A stretch of 32,000 nucleotides of DNA from Candidatus Karelsulcia muelleri (GTDB lineage Bacteria; Bacteroidota; Bacteroidia; Flavobacteriales; Blattabacteriaceae). Under the pieces are notes generated by a model, which searched no databases, was not told the origin of the DNA, and worked only from the letters and a program-made list of their open reading frames with translations. The stretch spans positions 120,001-152,000 of the forward strand of contig NZ_CP029011.1 of the NCBI RefSeq assembly GCF_003214255.1. Reading direction: 5' to 3'. The position numbers were made by a program, and so were the translations under genes. This document shows, in pieces, positions 1 to 7,704 of this stretch; positions within the stretch are counted from its first letter, which is position 1; every line of letters starts with the position of its first letter.

Positions 1-116
1 TTAAATGATTTTTCTCATTCTCATTTAAATGATTTTTCTCATTCTCATTTAAATGATTTTTCTCATTCTCATTTAAATGATTTTTCTCATTTAAATGATT
101 TTTCTCATTTAAATGA
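1..116 (+). repeat. In-frame nested tandem repeat inside dnaE: 24-mer x3, 18-mer x2, plus an 8-nt partial copy
   Basis: TTAAATGATTTTTCTCATTCTCAT occurs at 1-24, 25-48 and 49-72. TTAAATGATTTTTCTCAT occurs at 73-90 and 91-108. TTAAATGA at 109-116 is a partial copy. Together they encode (LNDFSHSH)3(LNDFSH)2LNE... The array touches the window edge and may extend upstream. Confidence 0.97.
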
Positions 117-2661
117 GCAAATAAAAAAAAAAATTGAATTTGAACTTGAAACTATAAAAAAAATAGGATATCCTGGATATTTTCTTATAGTACAAGATTT
201 GATTTTGCAAGCAAAAAAGATAGGTGTTGAAGTAGGGCCTGGAAGAGGTTCTGTGGCTGGATCTGTTGTGGCTTATTGTATAGGTATAACTAAGATAGAT
301 CCAATCAAATATAATCTTCTTTTTGAGAGATTTTTAAATCCTGATCGTGTTTCTCTACCTGATATTGATATTGATTTTGATGATAAAGGTCGTGAAAAAA
401 TAATTCAATGGGTAGTTAATAAATATGGAAAAGATAACGTGGCTCAAATAATAACATATGGAAAAATGGGAGCAAAATCTTCAATAAGAGATACGGCTCG
501 TGTTTTGAATCTTTCTTTAGAAGAAACAGACAAAATGGCAAAAATGGTCCCTACTAATTTCTCTCTAAAAGAGATAATTACAAAAGATATAAAAGATTTA
601 AAAAAAATTTTAAAATTTGAAGAATTAAAAAATGTAATAACATTAAAAAAAATTTTTAAAGAAAAAAATACTTTACAAGCTAAAACGCTGAAACAAGCGA
701 TGGGAATTGAAGGTTCTGTTAGGAACACTGGAATTCATGCATGTGGAATTATAATTACCCCTTCAGATATTAAAAAATATATACCTGTTGCTAAAACTAA
801 AGATTCTAATTTGTTATTAACTCAATTTGATAATGAGGTTGTAGAAAAAATGGGTTTATTAAAAATGGATTTGTTAGGGTTAAAAACGTTGACTATAATT
901 AAAGAAACATTATTTCTAATTAAAAATAGAAAGAAAAATATAAAACTAGAGAATATCCCTCTTGATGATGAAAAAACTTATGAATTATTTAAAAATGGAG
1001 AAACAGTGGCGGTTTTTCAATATGAATCTCATGGAATGCAAAAATATCTGAAACAATTAAAACCAGATAAATTTTATGATTTAATAGCTATGAATGCTTT
1101 ATATCGTCCTGGCCCAATGCAGTATATTCCTAATTTTATAGCACGGAAACATGGACAGGAAAAAATATCTTATGATCTTCCTGAGCTTAAGGAATTTTTA
1201 AAAGAAACTTATGGAATAACAGTTTATCAAGAACAAGTGATGTTGATATCACAAAAAATATCTGGATTTAGTAAAGGAGATGCAGATTTGTTAAGAAAAG
1301 CTATAGGTAAAAAAGAAAAAAATCTATTATCGAATATGAAAAAACAATTTATAGATGGTGGAAAGAAAAATGGTTTTTCAAGCAAAATTTTAGAAAAAAT
1401 ATGGAAAGATTGGAAATCTTTTGCCTCATATGCTTTTAATAAATCTCATTCGACATGTTATTCATATATAGCTTTTCAAACAGCTTATCTAAAAACACAT
1501 TATCCAGCTGAATATATGGCATCAGTATTAAGCAATAATATGAAAAATATAAAAGATATTTCGTTTTTTATTGAAGAATGTAACCGAATTGGAGTAATAG
1601 TACTTGGACCTGATATAAATGAAAGTGATTATAAATTTACAGTTAATAAACTGGGATTTATTCGATTTGGGATTGGAGCTATTAAAGGAATAGGAGAATA
1701 TTCTGTGAAATCTATTCTGAAAGAAAGAAAAAAAAAATATAATTCTATATTGGGATTAATTAAAAAGGTGGATTTACGTTTAGTGAATAAAAAAGTTTTA
1801 GAAAATTTAGTGGTTTCAGGAGCTTTTGAGAATTTTAAGATTCAGAGATCACAATATTTTTATGAAGAAAATGGATCAAATATGATTGAAAAAATTATAA
1901 AATTTGGGGTAAAATACAAAAAAATAAAAGAGAATATTAAAAACTCACTTTTTAAGAATATTAAAGATATAGAAATTTTAAAACCAAACTTTAAAAGTTG
2001 TAAAAATTGGAATTTATTTGAAAAATTAAAGAAAGAAAAAGAAGTAATAGGAATGTATCTTACTTATCATCCATTGAATGAATATAAATATGAAATAAAA
2101 CATTTGACTAATGCCACAATAGAAGATTTAAATTTTAATAAAGAAAAATTTATTGGAAAAAAAATTAATATTTGTGGAATAATCTCGAAATCATTAAATT
2201 TATTAAAAAATAATAAAAATTATATAATTTTTATTTTAGAAGATTATAAATCTAAAAAAGAATTTAAACTTTTTAGAGAAAATTATGAAAAATATAAAAA
2301 TATTATTTATGAGAATAATAGAATTTATATGAAATTAGAAATTAAACAATTTAAAAAGAAAAAGAAAATAAAATATATTAAAATTCTTAAAATTTTAACC
2401 CTAAAAAAAGTATTAACTTTACTATCTAAAAAAATAGAGATTTTTATTGACATTAATCAATTAAATGATTCTTTTGTAAAGAATTTGAAAAAATTAATTT
2501 CTAAGAATTTAGGCAGTAAAAAATTACAGATTACAGTTTATGATAAAAAAAATAATTTAAATATAAAATATTATTCAAATAAATATTTGATAAATATAAA
2601 TAAGAATTTTTTAGAATCCCTTAGGGATGGATATAAACTTAACTATAAAGTGACTTTCTAA
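1..2661 (+). CDS. dnaE: DNA polymerase III alpha subunit (DnaE), 5'-truncated by the window edge
   Basis: Frame 1 is open from nt 1, and the TTG at 199 used by the ORF track is an internal Leu. Nt 133-198 translate to IEFELETIKKIGYPGYFLIVQDLI, which continues into GPGRGSVAGSVVAYCIGIT...LFERFLNPDRVSLPDIDIDFDD, the Pol III alpha palm motif with catalytic Asp residues. Stop TAA at 2659-2661. Confidence 0.95.
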   Translation, partial: LNDFSHSHLNDFSHSHLNDFSHSHLNDFSHLNDFSHLNEQIKKKIEFELETIKKIGYPGYFLIVQDLILQAKKIGVEVGPGRGSVAGSVVAYCIGITKIDPIKYNLLFERFLNPDRVSLPDIDIDFDDKGREKIIQWVVNKYGKDNVAQIITYGKMGAKSSIRDTARVLNLSLEETDKMAKMVPTNFSLKEIITKDIKDLKKILKFEELKNVITLKKIFKEKNTLQAKTLKQAMGIEGSVRNTGIHACGIIITPSDIKKYIPVAKTKDSNLLLTQFDNEVVEKMGLLKMDLLGLKTLTIIKETLFLIKNRKKNIKLENIPLDDEKTYELFKNGETVAVFQYESHGMQKYLKQLKPDKFYDLIAMNALYRPGPMQYIPNFIARKHGQEKISYDLPELKEFLKETYGITVYQEQVMLISQKISGFSKGDADLLRKAIGKKEKNLLSNMKKQFIDGGKKNGFSSKILEKIWKDWKSFASYAFNKSHSTCYSYIAFQTAYLKTHYPAEYMASVLSNNMKNIKDISFFIEECNRIGVIVLGPDINESDYKFTVNKLGFIRFGIGAIKGIGEYSVKSILKERKKKYNSILGLIKKVDLRLVNKKVLENLVVSGAFENFKIQRSQYFYEENGSNMIEKIIKFGVKYKKIKENIKNSLFKNIKDIEILKPNFKSCKNWNLFEKLKKEKEVIGMYLTYHPLNEYKYEIKHLTNATIEDLNFNKEKFIGKKINICGIISKSLNLLKNNKNYIIFILEDYKSKKEFKLFRENYEKYKNIIYENNRIYMKLEIKQFKKKKKIKYIKILKILTLKKVLTLLSKKIEIFIDINQLNDSFVKNLKKLISKNLGSKKLQITVYDKKNNLNIKYYSNKYLININKNFLESLRDGYKLNYKVTF

Positions 2662-2675
2662 TTTATTTCTTTTGA

Positions 2676-2753
2676 TCTCTTTCTCTTTCTCTTTCTCTTT
2701 CTCTTTCTCTTTCTCTTTCTCTTTCTCTTTCTCTTTCTCTTTCTCTTTCTCTT
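2676..2753. repeat. Perfect hexanucleotide microsatellite (TCTCTT)13, a homopyrimidine/homopurine mirror repeat
   Basis: By hand count there are 13 uninterrupted TCTCTT units from 2676 to 2753, in the 94-nt dnaE-argG spacer. The array ends 2 nt before the ATG at 2756. An in-frame TGA at 2753-2755 bounds the downstream ORF. Confidence 0.97.
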
Positions 2754-2755
2754 GA

Positions 2756-4501
2756 ATGAACCTAACCGTTAGAAGAGCTAATTATGATGATAAAAAATAT
2801 GCTGATATTATCTGTAAACAGATAGAATATTCTGCAAAAGTTAGAGGTACTGGTATATCAAGAAGAGATCCTGAATATATTAAAAAAAAAATGGTGGATG
2901 GATTTTCTGTTATCGCTTTTTTTAATGGAAATTTAGCAGGATTTAGTTACTTTGAAGTATTTGAAAAGAAAAAGTTCTTATCTAATTCTGGACTAATTGT
3001 ATTTCCTAAATACAGGTTCCACGGATTAGCTAAAATGATGAAATTAAAAATATTTAAATTATCAAAAAAGAAATTTCCTAATTCAAAAATCTTTAGTATT
3101 ACTACTAGTCCTGCAGTAATAAAGATTAATACCGATTTAGGGTTTAAGCCGGTATTATTTAGTGAGTTAACTAAATCTGAAACATTTTGGAAAGGATGTA
3201 AAAGTTGTACAAATTATGAGATTCTTCTTAGAAAGAAAAAAAAAATGTGTTTCTGTACAGGATTATTATATGATCCAAAATATAAAAAAAAAGATTTATA
3301 TTTAGACAAAGGAGAAAAAATATTATTAGCATATAGTGGTGGATTAGATACTTCATATTGTTTAAAATATTTAACTAATAAAGGATATAAAGTAATAACT
3401 ATTATAATAAATACTGGAGGATTTAAGAATAAAGAGCTTGAATTGATTGAAAAAAGAGCTTTAAAGATAGGAGCTATTTATCATTATTCTATTAATGCTA
3501 AGGAATATTATTATTATAAATGTATAAAATATTTAATATATGGAAATATACTGAAAAATAATACATATCCTTTATCTGTTAGTTCAGAAAGATTTTTTCA
3601 AGCAATTTTAATTGCCGAATTTTCGAAAAAATTAAATGTAAAAGCTATTTCTCATGGAAGTACAGGAGCAGGAAATGATCAAGTTAGATTTGATTTAGCC
3701 TTTAAAATTTTATGTCCTGAGACAGTTATAATAACTCCAATAAGAGAGAAAAAATTATCTAGAAAAGAGGAAGTCGATTTTTTAGAAAGGAAAGGGCTCA
3801 CAATTTCTTGGAAAAAAGCTAAATATTCTATTAATAAAGGAATTTGGGGCACTAGTATAGGAGGTGAAGAAACATTAAACTCATCAACATCATTACCTGA
3901 AGAAGCTTATCCTTCAAAATTATCTGAAAAGAAGAAAAAATTTTTAGAATTAGAATTTAAAAAAGGAGAATTAATATCTATTAATAAAATTAAAGATTTA
4001 AAATTAAACAATATTCTGAAAATTGAAAAAATATCGTCTAAATTTGCTATAGGAAGAGATTGTCATGTAGGAGATACTATTCTTGGAATAAAAGGAAGAG
4101 TAGGATTTGAAGCGTCAGCCGCTTTATTAATAATAAAAGCACATCAACTTTTAGAAAAACATATTTTAACTAAATGGCAAATTTATTGGAAAGATCAGTT
4201 GTCAAATTGGTATGGAAATTTATTACATGAAGCACAATATTTAGATCCTATTATGCGTGATATAGAGTGTTTTTTTAAAAATTCTCAAAAAAGAGTAAGT
4301 GGAAAAGTAAAAATTTTATTAAATCCATATAGATTGGAATTAATAGGAATTGAATCAGAATTTGATATGATGAAATCTAAAATTGCTAAATATGGTGAAA
4401 TGAATAATGACTGGACAAGTGATGAGGTAAAAGGATTTATTAAAATTTTTGGAAATCAAATGAAAATTTATCATAATATAAAAAAAGAATATTATGATTA
4501 A
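2756..4501 (+). CDS. argG: Fusion protein: N-terminal GNAT-family acyltransferase domain (putative N-acyl-glutamate synthase, about aa 1-175) joined to argininosuccinate synthase (about aa 190-581)
   Basis: The N-terminal part carries the GNAT motif A pattern R-x-x-G-x-A (YRFHGLAKMM) and a Cys-rich tail (WKGCKSCTNY...MCFCTGLLYDP). The C-terminal part carries the ArgG PP-loop ILLAYSGGLDTS and HGSTGAGNDQVRF. It is a single uninterrupted 581-codon ORF. Confidence 0.85.
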   Translation: MNLTVRRANYDDKKYADIICKQIEYSAKVRGTGISRRDPEYIKKKMVDGFSVIAFFNGNLAGFSYFEVFEKKKFLSNSGLIVFPKYRFHGLAKMMKLKIFKLSKKKFPNSKIFSITTSPAVIKINTDLGFKPVLFSELTKSETFWKGCKSCTNYEILLRKKKKMCFCTGLLYDPKYKKKDLYLDKGEKILLAYSGGLDTSYCLKYLTNKGYKVITIIINTGGFKNKELELIEKRALKIGAIYHYSINAKEYYYYKCIKYLIYGNILKNNTYPLSVSSERFFQAILIAEFSKKLNVKAISHGSTGAGNDQVRFDLAFKILCPETVIITPIREKKLSRKEEVDFLERKGLTISWKKAKYSINKGIWGTSIGGEETLNSSTSLPEEAYPSKLSEKKKKFLELEFKKGELISINKIKDLKLNNILKIEKISSKFAIGRDCHVGDTILGIKGRVGFEASAALLIIKAHQLLEKHILTKWQIYWKDQLSNWYGNLLHEAQYLDPIMRDIECFFKNSQKRVSGKVKILLNPYRLELIGIESEFDMMKSKIAKYGEMNNDWTSDEVKGFIKIFGNQMKIYHNIKKEYYD

Positions 4502-5465
4502 GATAGGGATTATTGGTGGGGCTGGATATACTTCAAATGAATTAATTAAAATACTTAATAATCATCCAAAAGTTGAAATAAAAAATATAGTAAGTACTAC
4601 TTATCCAGGAATTCCAATAGAAGAGATACATCAAAATCTTATAGGTGAAATGACTAAACGATTTAGTAGGAAAATAACTGATGATATTGACTTATTATTT
4701 CTTTGTATAGGTCATGGGCAATCGAAAAAAATTTTAAAAAATATTTGTGATAAAATAAATGTAATTGATTTAAGTAATGATTTTAGAATGAATAATAATT
4801 CTATATTTCAAAAAAGAAGATTTAAGTATGGATTACCTGAATTAAATAAAAAGATTTTAAAAAAAACAAAGAATATTGCTAATCCAGGATGTTTTGCAAC
4901 AGCTATACAATTAGCAATTTTGCCTCTTGCAAAGAGCAATTTATTAAAAAAAAATATACATATTAGTGCTATAACTGGATCGACTGGTGCTGGGAGAATG
5001 AATAATGAGAAATTAAATTTTAGTTGGAGAAATAATAATATATCAACATATAAGGTTTTGAATCATTCCCATATAATGGAAGTGAAACAAACTATAAATC
5101 AATTACAAAAGAAATATAATGGAAAAATTTATTTTATACCATATAGAGGTTGTTTTTCGAGAGGAATAATATCAACATTATATACTAGGATAGAACTTTC
5201 ATTTGAGGAAATAAAAAAATTATATTATAATTTTTATAAAAAAAATCCTTTTATTTTTATTTCTGAAAAAGAAATACATTTAAAACAAGTTATAAATACC
5301 AATAAATGTATTATTAATTTGAATTACTTTAAAAAAAAAGTAATAATCACTAGTATTATTGATAATCTTATCAAAGGAGCATCAGGACAAGCTGTTCAAA
5401 ATATGAATATTATGTATAATTTGAAAGAAACCTGTGGGTTAAAATTAACTCCTTTGGGAGTATAA
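4494..5465 (+). CDS. argC: N-acyl-gamma-glutamyl-phosphate reductase
   Basis: N-terminus MIKIGIIGGAGYTSNELIKIL is a Rossmann fold, and NPGCFATA is the active-site Cys motif. It overlaps argG by 8 nt. Confidence 0.9.
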   Translation: MIKIGIIGGAGYTSNELIKILNNHPKVEIKNIVSTTYPGIPIEEIHQNLIGEMTKRFSRKITDDIDLLFLCIGHGQSKKILKNICDKINVIDLSNDFRMNNNSIFQKRRFKYGLPELNKKILKKTKNIANPGCFATAIQLAILPLAKSNLLKKNIHISAITGSTGAGRMNNEKLNFSWRNNNISTYKVLNHSHIMEVKQTINQLQKKYNGKIYFIPYRGCFSRGIISTLYTRIELSFEEIKKLYYNFYKKNPFIFISEKEIHLKQVINTNKCIINLNYFKKKVIITSIIDNLIKGASGQAVQNMNIMYNLKETCGLKLTPLGV

Positions 5466-5474
5466 AAAGAGAAA

Positions 5475-6620
5475 ATGAATTTATTCAAGGTTTATTCTAT
5501 TCTAGATATAGAAATAATTAAAGGAAGAGGAATATATCTTTATGATAATAGGAATAAAAAATATTTGGATTTTTATGGTGGACATGCTGTCATTTCAATT
5601 GGTCATTCTCATCCGAAATTCGTAAAGAATCTTAAAAAACAAATAGAAAAAATTTCTTTTTATTCTAATTCTATTAAAATACCTGAACAGGAAAAATTAG
5701 CTAATATGCTTATAGAAATGTCAGGATATAATGATTATAAAGTTTTTTTATGTAATTCAGGAGCAGAAGCAAATGAAAATGCAATTAAAATTGCGTCTTT
5801 TAAGAATAAAAAAAAAAAAATAATAGCATTTAAAAAATCTTTTCATGGAAGGACTAGTGGGGCAATTGCCATTACAGATAATTATAAAATTATTTCTAAT
5901 TTAAATTTACAACATGAAGTAAAATTTTTTACTTATAAAGATCTATTTCGTTTAGAAAAAGAATTAAAAAAACAAGATACTTGTGCTGTCATTTCAGAAG
6001 GAATACAAGGGATAGGAGGAATAATTGATCCAGGAATAGATTTTTTTAAAAACCTATATTTTTTATGTAAAAAATATAATACTATTCTTATATTAGATGA
6101 AATTCAAAGTGGTTATGGTAGAACCGGATTATTTTTTGCACATCAAAATTCTGGAATTAAACCAGATATAATTACTATTGCTAAAGGCATGGGAAATGGA
6201 TTTCCTATAGGTGGAGTAATTATTCATCCTAAATTTAAACCATTTAATGGAATGTTAGGAACTACATTTGGGGGAAATTATTTAGCTTGTTCTTCAGGAA
6301 TTTCTGTTTTAAACATTATAAAAAATGAAGGTCTTATATATAATGCAAAAAAAATGGGCAAAAGATTGATTCATTCTTTAAAAGAAATTGATGAAATTAA
6401 AGAAATCAGAGGAAGAGGACTTATGCTTGGACTGAAGTTTAAGTTTCAAATAAAAAAATTAATAAATATTTTAATAAAAAATGAAAATATTTTTGTAGGA
6501 TCTTCTTTAAAGAAAAAAATAATAAGATTATTACCTCCTCTGACTATAGAAGAAAAACATATAAAAACCTTTATTTTAAAATTAAAAAAAGCATTGTATT
6601 ATTTAAAAAATGATAAATAA
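5475..6620 (+). CDS. argD: Acyl-ornithine aminotransferase (class III PLP aminotransferase)
   Basis: Motifs are GGHAVISIGHSHP, LDEIQSGYGRTG and TIAKGMGNG (PLP Lys). Its position in the arg cluster supports the call. Confidence 0.85.
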   Translation: MNLFKVYSILDIEIIKGRGIYLYDNRNKKYLDFYGGHAVISIGHSHPKFVKNLKKQIEKISFYSNSIKIPEQEKLANMLIEMSGYNDYKVFLCNSGAEANENAIKIASFKNKKKKIIAFKKSFHGRTSGAIAITDNYKIISNLNLQHEVKFFTYKDLFRLEKELKKQDTCAVISEGIQGIGGIIDPGIDFFKNLYFLCKKYNTILILDEIQSGYGRTGLFFAHQNSGIKPDIITIAKGMGNGFPIGGVIIHPKFKPFNGMLGTTFGGNYLACSSGISVLNIIKNEGLIYNAKKMGKRLIHSLKEIDEIKEIRGRGLMLGLKFKFQIKKLINILIKNENIFVGSSLKKKIIRLLPPLTIEEKHIKTFILKLKKALYYLKNDK

Positions 6621-7704
6621 AAATGCCAAATTGATTTTGGAGGATGGGAGTATTTATGAAGCTTATAGTTTTGGGGATGAAAAATCATCAGCTGGAGAAA
6701 TAGTTTTTAACACCTCTATGACTGGTTATAATGAAAGTTTAACTGATCCTTCTTATAAAGGCCAAATATTAGTTTTTACTTATCCATTAATTGGAAATTA
6801 TGGAATTCCTCCAATAAATTCATATAAAAATAATATAAAAAAATTTTATGAATCAGATAAAATACATGTTTCTGGATTAATTACATCTTATTATTCAGAT
6901 TATGAATTTCACTGGAATATGGAAAAAACATTATCAGAATTTTTAAAAATTAATCAGATAGTAGGTATATCTGGAATAGATACAAGATCACTAACAAAAA
7001 AACTTAGAAAGAAAGGTACTATGTTCTGCAAAATAATCATATCAGATGAAATTACAGATAATTATTATTTAGGAGATTATTATTTAGGAGAGAAAGTTTC
7101 TATAAAAAAAAAAAATAAAAAAAAGATATATGGAAATGGAAAATATAAAATATTACTTATAGATTGTGGAGTAAAAAATAATATTATTAGATGTTTTTTA
7201 GAAAGAAATTGCACTGTAATAAGAGTTCCTTGGAATTATGATTTTTTAAATGAAGATTATGATGGATTATTTATTTCTAATGGTCCAGGAAATCCTAAGG
7301 AATATAAAACTACAATAACTAATATTAGAAAAGTTTTAAAATTTAATAAACCCATATTTGGAATATGTTTAGGAAATCAATTATTAGGTCTGGCAGCAGG
7401 TTTTGATACTCATAAACTTAAATATGGTCATAGAAGTAATAATCAACCTGTAATTTTATCAGGAACTAATAGGTGTTTTATAACTTCACAGAATCATGGA
7501 TATGTAATAGATTCAAAAAAAATTCCAAATGGATGGAAAATTTTTTTTAAAAATTTAAATGATAATACTTGTGAGGGATTAATAAATTATGAAAAATTTT
7601 TTTTTTCCGTTCAATTTCATCCCGAAGCCTCAAGTGGACCTATTGATACTCAATTTCTTTTTGATGTATTTTTGAATTTTATAAAATTGAAAACTAATAA
7701 ATGA
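6610..7704 (+). CDS. carA: Carbamoyl-phosphate synthase small (glutaminase) subunit
   Basis: The N-terminus FNTSMTGYNESLTDPSYKGQILVFTYPLIGNYG is CPSase small-chain type. The GATase triad motifs GICLGNQLL and FSVQFHPE are present. It overlaps argD by 11 nt. Confidence 0.93.
   Translation: MINKNAKLILEDGSIYEAYSFGDEKSSAGEIVFNTSMTGYNESLTDPSYKGQILVFTYPLIGNYGIPPINSYKNNIKKFYESDKIHVSGLITSYYSDYEFHWNMEKTLSEFLKINQIVGISGIDTRSLTKKLRKKGTMFCKIIISDEITDNYYLGDYYLGEKVSIKKKNKKKIYGNGKYKILLIDCGVKNNIIRCFLERNCTVIRVPWNYDFLNEDYDGLFISNGPGNPKEYKTTITNIRKVLKFNKPIFGICLGNQLLGLAAGFDTHKLKYGHRSNNQPVILSGTNRCFITSQNHGYVIDSKKIPNGWKIFFKNLNDNTCEGLINYEKFFFSVQFHPEASSGPIDTQFLFDVFLNFIKLKTNK
7061..7090 (+). repeat. Perfect 15-bp tandem duplication (ATTATTATTTAGGAG x2), in frame in carA
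   Basis: Nt 7061-7075 and 7076-7090 are identical and encode NYYLG-DYYLG, in the region between the CarA N-terminal domain and the GATase domain. Confidence 0.95.

Noticed and set aside
1-116. Possible CRISPR array at the window start
   Set aside because: The repeats are directly abutting with no spacers. The units are 24 and 18 nt and in frame within dnaE, and no cas genes are present. This is a coding tandem repeat, not a CRISPR.
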